Shown piece after piece: positions 39,281 through 48,015 of a DNA stretch of 64,000 bases. Every line of letters starts with the position of its first letter. Within the stretch, counting starts at the first letter, position 1. The translations under genes and the position numbers were made by a program. This DNA is from a bacterium (GTDB lineage: Bacteria > Electryoneota > JAOADG01). Location of the stretch: positions 3,104,001 to 3,168,000 of the forward strand of contig OY820579.1 of the NCBI GenBank assembly GCA_963681965.1, read 5' to 3'. The notes beneath the pieces were generated by a model. That model saw only the letters and a list, made by a program, of their open reading frames with translations, made no database searches and was not told where the DNA came from.

Positions 39281-40417
39281 ATGTCAACTACCATTCATAA
39301 CGAGACCCGCACGACATTCTGGACGCTTTCGGTATTTTATTTTCTAATTGCGTTCGAATTTTTTTATATGGCTTCTCCCTTTGCGCTCTATTTTTATTCG
39401 GTTTATGGTCCCAGTCTGAATTTTATCAACCGATCGCCTCTGCTAAGTTGGCTTAGTTCGGTATTTCTGCCGCATATCACAATTGAAACGAAATCGACTT
39501 TGCTGAATTATCACAATGAGATTGGTGGAACAATATTCCTACTTGGTCTGCTTGGTTTTATGGTCGGCGCAATACAGGTATATGCGAATAAGATCCTTAA
39601 ACGCGGAGTTGCGATCTCTGGGATCTATCAGGTTATTCGACATCCACAATATGCATCACTGGCAATATCGAGTTTTGGCTTATTAATTCTCTGGCCGCGA
39701 TTTATGGTTCTTGTCATCTATATCGCGATGCTGTTCGCATATTACTCTTTGGCGAAGATAGAGGAGGCTGAGTGTGAACGGAAATTCGGTCAGGATTACC
39801 TCACATACAAAGCACAGACCAATATGTTCTTACCGTTCCGAATTCCAATTCCTAATTTCCTTATTCTTTCGAGTCAGAAACGGTGGCAACAAATAGCATC
39901 CGTTTTGGTTCGGTACATCGTTATTACGACTTGTGCCATCGGCGGTGCATTATTATTGCAACGATGGTCGATCCGTCAACTATATACCTATGAAAACCAG
40001 GATCATTGTGCAATTTCAGTATCACAAATCGATCATGATCGGATGTCGCGAATATTCCAAATCGCATCTTCCGATTCGACAGTCCTAACGACGATTCTAA
40101 CGCAATCCAACAACAAATATTTGGATTACATTTTGCCCATCTGTTGGTCGATCCCCGAGATCCCGATGAATGCTGTCAACGGTAATCACGACCATTTGTT
40201 TCCTGCTGATTACGATCGTAACAAATACAAGATCATTTTTACCAAAGCTACGCTTCGAACGAATAAACTTGTGTTCGGTTTGGATATTATTTCCAATACC
40301 ATTCAAAGATCCGCAGTAGGCGAAGTGTGGATCGATCTGGTCACAAACAAGGTCACTGCGATCAAAGCACCGCCCAGCCAGATCATGTACGACAATATTC
40401 CCGTACCCTTATTTTAA
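39281..40417 (+). CDS. ICMT/PEMT family membrane methyltransferase with soluble C-terminal domain
   Basis: TM helices, GIYQVIRHPQY, EEAECERKFGQDY..Y. Confidence 0.8.
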   Translation: MSTTIHNETRTTFWTLSVFYFLIAFEFFYMASPFALYFYSVYGPSLNFINRSPLLSWLSSVFLPHITIETKSTLLNYHNEIGGTIFLLGLLGFMVGAIQVYANKILKRGVAISGIYQVIRHPQYASLAISSFGLLILWPRFMVLVIYIAMLFAYYSLAKIEEAECERKFGQDYLTYKAQTNMFLPFRIPIPNFLILSSQKRWQQIASVLVRYIVITTCAIGGALLLQRWSIRQLYTYENQDHCAISVSQIDHDRMSRIFQIASSDSTVLTTILTQSNNKYLDYILPICWSIPEIPMNAVNGNHDHLFPADYDRNKYKIIFTKATLRTNKLVFGLDIISNTIQRSAVGEVWIDLVTNKVTAIKAPPSQIMYDNIPVPLF

Positions 40418-40434
40418 CGAATGCCGATTATAAT

Positions 40435-40465
40435 AAAAAAGCACTGGATCGCTCCAGTGCTTTTT
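40435..40465. terminator. Bidirectional intrinsic terminator
   Basis: A6-GCACTGGA-TCGC-TCCAGTGC-T5 between convergent genes. Confidence 0.85.
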
Positions 40466-40487
40466 CATTGATACCAATTTCTGTTGT

Positions 40488-41261
40488 TTACGGCTTGAAC
40501 TTAATCGGTTGCGTGTACCAGATCGATACCGGTTGACCGTTGTTGATCGCCGGTTTGAACTTCCACCCTTTAACCGTCGTCGTTGTCGCCTCTTCAAAAC
40601 CAAACCCACTCGGTTCGGCTTTCAAGATCTTCACCTGTGCGACTTCGCCTTTTTTGTTGACGAGAAACTGAACCACTACATTCCCGGGTACCCGTGCCGT
40701 CATTGCTTGCGCTGGATACTTCGGAGAAGGTGTCGAAATTGGTTCGGCATCTTTTTCAACAAATGTGACTTCATCCGGTTTCGGGATGTAATCGTCGTCG
40801 GCTGGAGGTGCCACCACCACATTGCCACTGCTAACGTCGCCCGAAGATACTGACGTTCTGCCGGCATCGATGTTCTTGGCAATGTCCTGAACCGTCAAGA
40901 TCTTCACGGTATCGGCTACTTTCGAGTCTTCGACTGCCTGAACTTTAATCGCAGCAGGTGGCGGTGCATCGAGCGATTTAATCTTAATCTGAACGATTTC
41001 TTCCTGAGTCAGCGATGGCGGTGCCGCCAATTTCGTCAAATCGATATAGCGCGGTGGTAATGGCGTATCGTTTTCACGCAATTTCTTGATATACTCAACA
41101 CCCCACCAAATCCCAAGAATAGACCAGATTGATATCGATGCGATCAAAACACCACGCATCATATTTTTGCCGACAACGGTTCGGAGAACCAGCGCGCCAT
41201 ATTCCCGAGCTAGCAGTTCGTCGTATATAGCTACATTGGCATCGGCTGTCTTAGTTTGCAT
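40488..41261 (-). CDS. tonB: Energy transducer TonB
   Basis: One TM helix, Pro-rich linker, PKYP...GNVVVQFLV...WKFKPA C-terminal domain. Confidence 0.88.
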   Translation of the reverse strand: MQTKTADANVAIYDELLAREYGALVLRTVVGKNMMRGVLIASISIWSILGIWWGVEYIKKLRENDTPLPPRYIDLTKLAAPPSLTQEEIVQIKIKSLDAPPPAAIKVQAVEDSKVADTVKILTVQDIAKNIDAGRTSVSSGDVSSGNVVVAPPADDDYIPKPDEVTFVEKDAEPISTPSPKYPAQAMTARVPGNVVVQFLVNKKGEVAQVKILKAEPSGFGFEEATTTTVKGWKFKPAINNGQPVSIWYTQPIKFKP

Positions 41262-41277
41262 TCTCTGTCCTCCCCGG

Positions 41278-41826
41278 TTATCTCGTTGCTACTGGAGAAA
41301 CCAACGACATCACTGAATCATCGTTCATATCGGCATTCCATTTCGCAACAGAGTAGCGAGTTACTGAATCGACATTGAACATATCGAGCATATCGACCAT
41401 CGAATGGAACGGAGCCTGCGGTTGTAATTTACTGACTACGATCAATTCTTGACCAATTAGTGTTCCCATATCGTCTTTACTTTTTTTCCGGTCGATAATT
41501 TTGCTGTTGAGTGAATCCCACGGCAAGTATGCCGGTACTTCGTTGCCAACATTGAAGAACAACTGGTTACTATTGTTGATCCGGAAGGTCAACATCCGGG
41601 ATTCTCGAACTTTTGTATCAGTGACATCCTTATTCTCCGGCGGCAGATTGATTTCCATCGCCTGAGGAAGCCGAAAGACTGTTGTGACCATAAAGAAGAT
41701 CAATAACAAGAATGCGACGTCGACCATCGGAGTCATATCGACCCGAACAGCCATACGGGGCTTCTTGAAACTCTTCTTACCTTTTTTACCGTGGCTTTTT
41801 TGTTCGCCACCGACCATTCCACCCAT
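41278..41826 (-). CDS. exbD: ExbD/TolR family protein (second copy)
   Basis: DMTPMVDVAFLLLIFFM. Confidence 0.9.
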   Translation of the reverse strand: MGGMVGGEQKSHGKKGKKSFKKPRMAVRVDMTPMVDVAFLLLIFFMVTTVFRLPQAMEINLPPENKDVTDTKVRESRMLTFRINNSNQLFFNVGNEVPAYLPWDSLNSKIIDRKKSKDDMGTLIGQELIVVSKLQPQAPFHSMVDMLDMFNVDSVTRYSVAKWNADMNDDSVMSLVSPVATR

Positions 41827-41851
41827 GCTTCACTCCCAGAGCGGTTCGCGT

Positions 41852-42367
41852 CTATTTCTTTTTCAAGTCCGTGACTAAGTAAAATCGTAAAAGATTGACT
41901 GACTCCATCTTGAGCAGGTCAGTAATCGATTCGATCGTTGCGTAATCAGCATCTTTGTCGGCCTTGATGATCAGTCGATAATTCGGATTGATGCTGCGAG
42001 CACGGTTGATATTCTGCGGTAATGTCTCTTTCGTCTGAGGCACTAACCGGAACATCCCGGTTTTCTCGTTCAATGCACTGAATCCCAATTCCTGATCTTT
42101 TTTACCGAGACCGGATGAAATCAATATCTTCGAACTATTCGCGACCAGTTTGCCATCCGCGGTTGCTGCGTTGGTGATCGTAATCGTCAAGATATCCGAT
42201 TCCGGCAGCTTGATATTGCTGTGACTATCCGGAAGTCGCACCGGAGTATCCTCCGGCGGTTTGAATTGTGTGGTGGACATAAAGAAAATCAGCAAGAGGA
42301 AGGCGACATCGACCATTGGTGTCATGTCGATGGCAACCCCCATGCGTTTCGCCTTTGGTACCGCCAT
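41852..42367 (-). CDS. exbD: ExbD/TolR family protein (first copy)
   Basis: DMTPMVDVAFLLLIFFM, IKADKDADY. Confidence 0.9.
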   Translation of the reverse strand: MAVPKAKRMGVAIDMTPMVDVAFLLLIFFMSTTQFKPPEDTPVRLPDSHSNIKLPESDILTITITNAATADGKLVANSSKILISSGLGKKDQELGFSALNEKTGMFRLVPQTKETLPQNINRARSINPNYRLIIKADKDADYATIESITDLLKMESVNLLRFYLVTDLKKK

Positions 42368-42470
42368 AAATGCTCCTATCCGTTTCGAACGGTAATGAAT
42401 TTCTCTGCTGTCCGATTAGTCGCTTCAAATCAGAAGCAATCGACTCGGACCAACTTCGAAATGGCGGTTT

Positions 42471-43190
42471 TTAGATCTCGTCCTTCAACAGTTCGAGCGT
42501 CATATACACGGCTTCGTCGATCGAGTAGTTGAAATTGTCGACGCGTGTCGTAAAGATATTGTAGGTGAAGATACCGACAATACCACCGAAAATACCGAGT
42601 GCGGTATTGATCAAGGCTTCGGAAATACCTAACGCTAACTGGGCGGCATCAGGGGTACCGGCTTTCGCCATGGCGCGGAATGAACGAATCATACCGACGA
42701 CCGTACCTAACAAACCGAACATCGTCGAGGTCGAGGCAATGGTCGACATACCAATCAGATTTCGTTCGAGGAACGGAACTTCCAACAAACGCGCTTCATC
42801 CATCGCCCGTTGCGTTTCGGTCAATTTCTTCTCGCCAACGATGTGGGTGTCGCTCTGAATACGGATCCACTGTTCCATACCGGCGCGAAGCACCGACGCG
42901 GCGCTACCCTTCTGCTTGTCGCAGAGTTCGATTGCCTGCTGATACTTCTTTTCGCGAACGGATTTGAGGAATTCGTTGAAGAATATCGGCATCGCACGTT
43001 GACCCTTGGACTTCTTCAAAGTCAACAAACGTTCGATCACGAAAACCCAAATCATGAGGTTGATGGCAATCAAAATTGCTACGATCGGACCACCGTCCTT
43101 GATGAATGACGGTAAGACCTGAAAGACCGCGATAGCAACGACGACGCAAATAAGACTGGCGACTAAGACAAAAGCACCTTGCTTCTTCAT
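42471..43190 (-). CDS. exbB: MotA/TolQ/ExbB proton channel
   Basis: GLLGTVVGMIRSF, GISEALINTALG. Confidence 0.92.
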   Translation of the reverse strand: MKKQGAFVLVASLICVVVAIAVFQVLPSFIKDGGPIVAILIAINLMIWVFVIERLLTLKKSKGQRAMPIFFNEFLKSVREKKYQQAIELCDKQKGSAASVLRAGMEQWIRIQSDTHIVGEKKLTETQRAMDEARLLEVPFLERNLIGMSTIASTSTMFGLLGTVVGMIRSFRAMAKAGTPDAAQLALGISEALINTALGIFGGIVGIFTYNIFTTRVDNFNYSIDEAVYMTLELLKDEI

Positions 43191-43376
43191 GGATTGATCT
43201 CCTGGTGACTAAGGACGGGGCGAAATAACATCGCCCTTCGAAATAAACAAAAATTGTCAATTGCTTCAGAAAAAGAAATATAATACACGAATTCGAAACC
43301 TGCGAATTTTGCTTGGATAAATTCGACTGGCAGTCGAACGCTAGTGTTTACTTTTTACCCGAACTCATGAAATAGG

Positions 43377-45050
43377 TTACTTATTTAGTTGCTTTAAGTA
43401 ATCTTTCGCTTCGGCGTTGTTCGGATCGAACTGCAACGCTTTCTGAAATGCCGACTTCGCTTTCGATAAATAACCGGTATTCCCCGGCTCGGCAGCATAG
43501 CGCATATACCAGTTAATTCCCGACCATAGCCAAACATTCGCTGAATTCGGGAATGCGGCATCGGCTTTCTCAAGTACCGATAGGGATTTGCTGTATTGCT
43601 TGGCTCCGTAATGCAAGCCCGCCAAACGGATATACATATTCAAATCGAAATCTTTCCGCGTCGAAATCGAATCGAGCAGCGATATAGCATCTTTTTCCCG
43701 CTTCGATTTCTGCAAAATATCGACAATAACACCGTATGGGGCTATATTGGTATTGTTGATCGCCAATCCAGTGCGAATTGCCGCAATGGCGTCGTCGCTG
43801 CGGTCAAGTTCCTTTAAGGCGTATCCTAGATTGATCCACGTCGTGTCGTTTTTCGGTTCGAGTGCAAGCTTCCTGCGATACCAACTGGCGGCAGAATCGT
43901 ATTGGTCGATCGTGTAATATAGCAAACCGATTTTGCCTAGGAAATTCCGCTGAGTCGTGTCTGCCAGATATACTTGCTTCATTAAACCGATTTGATTGAT
44001 AAACACAATCCGCTTCGACGTGTCTTGACTCCAAAATCGAGTAGTAATATCGACTAACCGCAAAAACCGGTTGGCATCGAAATCCGGAGTACCAACCAAC
44101 GGTTTCCACAAATCAGAAGCCAGATCGAATTTTTTGCCTGCCATTAGAATATCTGCCAGCAACTTTCGGACACTAGCGTCTTCCTTCTTTGCCAATGCCG
44201 CTCGTAATACCGTTTCAGCTTCCGAAATCCGATTCAATTTCAAATAGGCTTCACCCAACATTCGGAACGCTTCGGCGTTCGGCTTCTCTTTGATCGAAGT
44301 TTCCAAATACGGTACAGCTTCTTTCAACTTTACCGAATCGCTGCGAGCATTGTAATACAAAATTTTACCGATTTGATAGTTTACTCCGGGATAATTCGGT
44401 TCGGTTTGATTAATCTTCTGCAACGCTTCCAATGCTTCATTGCCGCGTTTACCCGAAAGCAGTGCCATTGCCATTTCATAGCGGATATCGTTGTCTTTCG
44501 GATCGTAAATCAGCGCTTTGTTAAACGCATCGATCACAAAATCAAGCACGCCTTCCTTGCGGGAAATCAGACCCTGAATCTTGTAATAAGTGGCATTGGT
44601 CGAATCTTTACTTACGACGCTCCAAATCAACGTGGAAGCGGCACTGATCGAATCGGTATAAGCCAGAACCAATGCCCGTGAAGCTTGCATATCGAGATTT
44701 TTACCGGCGGCTTTCGTCCCTTCGTTAGCCAGTTGTCGCGCATCGATAATGTTGTTCATCCCGATGTAGATACCGGTCAATGCCAATACCGCTTTACCGT
44801 CTTTCTTGGAAATCGAAATCGCGCGTTTCAGATTATCGACAGCAGCAGCAGTGTCCCCGGTAGCAGCTTTGGCGATACCCAGATAGCGATAACTGTCCCC
44901 ATCCTTGGAATCCTTGGAAATCCCATCGCTCGCCAGTTTGATCACATTACCCCATTCCCGGTTCCGAACGGCATCATCCAAGGGTCCGGCGATAAGCATC
45001 GTCGAATAAGCTAGTAACAGTAAGAGGGATAGAATAAAACGTTTCTTCAC
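43377..45050 (-). CDS. Exported tetratricopeptide repeat protein
   Basis: Signal peptide MKKRFILSLLLLLA; many TPR helices (KALIYDP, WINLGYA, KALQFDPNN). Confidence 0.85.
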   Translation of the reverse strand: MKKRFILSLLLLLAYSTMLIAGPLDDAVRNREWGNVIKLASDGISKDSKDGDSYRYLGIAKAATGDTAAAVDNLKRAISISKKDGKAVLALTGIYIGMNNIIDARQLANEGTKAAGKNLDMQASRALVLAYTDSISAASTLIWSVVSKDSTNATYYKIQGLISRKEGVLDFVIDAFNKALIYDPKDNDIRYEMAMALLSGKRGNEALEALQKINQTEPNYPGVNYQIGKILYYNARSDSVKLKEAVPYLETSIKEKPNAEAFRMLGEAYLKLNRISEAETVLRAALAKKEDASVRKLLADILMAGKKFDLASDLWKPLVGTPDFDANRFLRLVDITTRFWSQDTSKRIVFINQIGLMKQVYLADTTQRNFLGKIGLLYYTIDQYDSAASWYRRKLALEPKNDTTWINLGYALKELDRSDDAIAAIRTGLAINNTNIAPYGVIVDILQKSKREKDAISLLDSISTRKDFDLNMYIRLAGLHYGAKQYSKSLSVLEKADAAFPNSANVWLWSGINWYMRYAAEPGNTGYLSKAKSAFQKALQFDPNNAEAKDYLKQLNK

Positions 45051-45135
45051 GGTTCTCCTCGGTCTTAGCGTCTTAATAAATTCATATGGTTCTTACAACT
45101 CGATCAATTCATTACTTCAGCAGGGATAAAATACA

Positions 45136-45999
45136 CTATTTCGGTTTCGAATCCACTACTTTCAATGGAACCATCGCCGGGAGAACGCCATTGTTAGCCA
45201 ATAACCGTTGTCCCATATTGGACGAGATGTAATTCAGAAAACTTGTTCCGACATCCATTTTTTCGCTGGTGGTGATATAAACGATCGGAATCACCCACGG
45301 ATATCGTCCTTCATGGATGGCGCGCAAGGTTGGGCGCTGTTTCTTGCCATCGAACATCACCCCGATCGGTTTCACATTTTCCGGAATAACACCAGTCATC
45401 GCACCTAAAGCATCGGGATCCTCGGAAACGCGAATCGCAATCGAATCGCTTGGAACCACAAATGCAACGATTTTTGAAGGTGTCTTGAACAGTACCTGTA
45501 GCAACTCCCATACACCTTCACCCTGCAACGGTAAATACATCCGAATCGGTCGATCATGCCCTTGCCCGACCTGATTCCAGTTGTCAAATCGACCGGTTAG
45601 GATACTGGCAATTTGAATTGAATCGAGATCGTCAATTTTATTGGAAGGATGAACGATAAATGCCATCGGACTACGCGCCAGTCGAAAGACGAGCAGCTCT
45701 TTTTTCGCTTGTTTAAATGCCAGCGATTCCGGTTGGGTCAACGGTCGATCGATCACGATCTGATCGGTCTTGCCGGAAATGAGCGAATCGATTGCTTGAC
45801 GGGTGTTGCGCCGGCTGATGTTAATTCTGGCTTTGGGATATTGAGATTCGAAATCTGCCACTCCGCGAGCAATAATCGACGCTACTGCCGGGGCACAAGG
45901 CAATTGCGCGGTGCCTTCAAACGGGTGTCGATCCGGTCCGCAGGCAGACAAGAGCAGTAAGGGGACGATAAAGAGAAGATTATTTTTGATCCAGTTCAT
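45136..45999 (-). CDS. PstS-like substrate-binding lipoprotein
   Basis: Lipobox LSAC after ATG at 45999; AFIVHPSN, ILTG..DNW, GRYP, FLNYISS..GQ resemble the PBP/PstS fold. Confidence 0.75.
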   Translation of the reverse strand: MNWIKNNLLFIVPLLLLSACGPDRHPFEGTAQLPCAPAVASIIARGVADFESQYPKARINISRRNTRQAIDSLISGKTDQIVIDRPLTQPESLAFKQAKKELLVFRLARSPMAFIVHPSNKIDDLDSIQIASILTGRFDNWNQVGQGHDRPIRMYLPLQGEGVWELLQVLFKTPSKIVAFVVPSDSIAIRVSEDPDALGAMTGVIPENVKPIGVMFDGKKQRPTLRAIHEGRYPWVIPIVYITTSEKMDVGTSFLNYISSNMGQRLLANNGVLPAMVPLKVVDSKPK

Positions 46000-46273
46000 C
46001 GATCTGCTCCCGTAACGTTTTCTGCCGCTCTTCACGCAATTTGGGAAGAAAGGTGACGATACGATAAATCCCAAACAGAATCACTGTAATGCCGAGAATC
46101 AAGCGAACTCTGGGTTCTACCCACCAATGCGATCCCAGCACATTTGTTACTATTAAAACGCCCGCGACTACGAAAACGATCCCGACAAATGTACCAATCT
46201 GTGGCGACCAAGTGATATATCGTTCAGTCGGTTCGTCATTCAGAATCTGTCGACGTGGCTTGAAAATAAGCAT
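45980..46273 (-). CDS. Small two-TM hypothetical membrane protein
   Basis: Two hydrophobic segments; overlaps the start of the PstS-like gene. Confidence 0.6.
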   Translation of the reverse strand: MLIFKPRRQILNDEPTERYITWSPQIGTFVGIVFVVAGVLIVTNVLGSHWWVEPRVRLILGITVILFGIYRIVTFLPKLREERQKTLREQIDELDQK

Positions 46274-46391
46274 ATTCAGTTGACCTGCAGCGATGAGATT
46301 TGGGTCGGATTAAGCGACTTTGCTATTGTACACAAATATCAAATCCGGAGCAAATCGACTAAATCAGTTACTCATTCGCAGTAGACGATGC

Positions 46392-46509
46392 TATAGTCTC
46401 TCTTGAAAATCATTTGTTATCGGTAGTAGGGGCTGATCCCCACATCCGCCCGCAGGTCAGGCGAAGCCTGATACCGAATCATGACAACTTATTTTCAAGA
46501 ACCACTATA
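46392..46509. repeat. Long nested inverted repeat enclosing a GTAG-REP-like hairpin
   Basis: TATAGT/ACTATA, TCTTGAAAAT/ATTTTCAAGA, TTGTTAT/ATGACAA, CGGTA/TACCG around two inner hairpins. Confidence 0.55.
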
Positions 46510-46516
46510 TGTACAG

Positions 46517-46542
46517 AAAAAGGCGGGAATTCCCGCCTTTTT
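46517..46542 (-). terminator. Terminator of nuo operon
   Basis: AAAAAGGCGGG-AATT-CCCGCCTTTTT perfect palindrome. Confidence 0.85.
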
Positions 46543-46562
46543 CCTGCTTAAATTCTAAGACT

Positions 46563-48014
46563 TTACATTTTACCGACAAAACCTTCTGCCGCCCAATTGA
46601 CCCACTTGATCACCAATCCGGGGAAAGTACCAAGAATGAACGTTGGAACGGCGCAAGTAAGCAACAGCGCATATACTTGACTGGAGACCGGTTTCGTATT
46701 TAACTCCTCAGCGCTATCGGTCAGGAACATCTCTTTGGCAATCTTAGTATAGTACACTAAGCTCACTACCGTGTTGATCACTGCGATTAACGCTAACGAA
46801 GTCTGATTAGCTTTAATCAGTGCATTGAATATCATATACTTACCGACGAAGCCAGCAAGTGGTGGAATACCAACCAAACTGAATAAGAAGATCGCAAACA
46901 TCACAGCCGTGAACGGATCCCGCTTTCCCAATCCTCGATAAACTTCGAGATTTACGCTTCCGTACGTTCGCTCAATCCATTCCACCACGGCAAAGGCACC
47001 AATGTTCATGAATAAATAAGCGATCAAGTAAAATGATAAACCAGCGTAGCCATCCGTCGAATTGACAGTAAATACCGTAAAAATATATCCTGCATGCGCA
47101 ATCGAGGAATACGCTAACAGTCGCTTCAAATTCGTCTGCGGAAGTGCGGCTAGATTTCCCAAAGTCATCGTTGCGACTGCGATCCACCAGAACAACTTAT
47201 CCCAGCCAAATTGAACCAAGGCGGTGTCGGGAACTGCATTAATCAAAAATCGGGCAAGCGCGGCAAGACCTGCAGCTTTTGGTGCTACCGAAAAGAATGC
47301 CGTCATCGGAGTTGGTGCGCCTTCGTACACATCCGGACACCAAAAATGAAATGGCACTGCGGCGATCTTGTAACCAAATCCGGCAACCATCAACACCATT
47401 GCGACAAATGCGACCAATTCGTAGCCGTTCCCCTGGGCATCAAGCATGTCGCGCAGACCGGAATAGGTTGTTTCGCCAGTGATTCCGTACAAAAAGGAAA
47501 AACCGAATAACATCATTCCGATCGAAACTGCACCATACAGAACGTATTTCAGCGCCGCTTCACCCGATTTGCGGTTAGCACGGTAATAACCGGCTAGGAT
47601 ATACGATGGTACCGACACAGTTTCCAAACCGACAATCAGTACGATGAAATCGGAAGCGCTGGCGACGATATACATCCCGAATACAACTGCCGCCAACAAT
47701 AAATAATATTCACCGTTCTTATGGAATCGTGGAAGCGACATCCATATCCCGAAAATTCCGGCTGCGCTGGCAAACAACTTGATAAAGGTAGAGAAAGGAT
47801 CGATCCGGAAGGTCCCGGCAAAGTACAAACCGTTGGGCGTAAAGACTACCGATACACCGGCAGCGATTACAAACAACAAGCTTGTTACCCATGCTAACGC
47901 AGCGCGATCCTTGTCTTTGGATGTGACATCCCAAATGAGTAGGATGACGAACCCAAGAGCAAGCGTCATTTCGCCCGCAGCGCCGATGAAGTCGTTGAGT
48001 GAGAGCATCGTCAT
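46563..48014 (-). CDS. nuoN: NADH:quinone oxidoreductase subunit N
   Basis: EAALKY, FGYKIAAVPFHFWCPDVYEGAPTP, KRLLAYSSIAH. Confidence 0.95.
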   Translation of the reverse strand: MTMLSLNDFIGAAGEMTLALGFVILLIWDVTSKDKDRAALAWVTSLLFVIAAGVSVVFTPNGLYFAGTFRIDPFSTFIKLFASAAGIFGIWMSLPRFHKNGEYYLLLAAVVFGMYIVASASDFIVLIVGLETVSVPSYILAGYYRANRKSGEAALKYVLYGAVSIGMMLFGFSFLYGITGETTYSGLRDMLDAQGNGYELVAFVAMVLMVAGFGYKIAAVPFHFWCPDVYEGAPTPMTAFFSVAPKAAGLAALARFLINAVPDTALVQFGWDKLFWWIAVATMTLGNLAALPQTNLKRLLAYSSIAHAGYIFTVFTVNSTDGYAGLSFYLIAYLFMNIGAFAVVEWIERTYGSVNLEVYRGLGKRDPFTAVMFAIFLFSLVGIPPLAGFVGKYMIFNALIKANQTSLALIAVINTVVSLVYYTKIAKEMFLTDSAEELNTKPVSSQVYALLLTCAVPTFILGTFPGLVIKWVNWAAEGFVGKM

Positions 48015-48015
48015 C

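Noticed and set aside
33075-40465. Integrative island at the 3' end of tRNA-Leu
   Set aside because: No integrase and no duplicated tRNA 3' end were seen; the tRNA has its own terminator.
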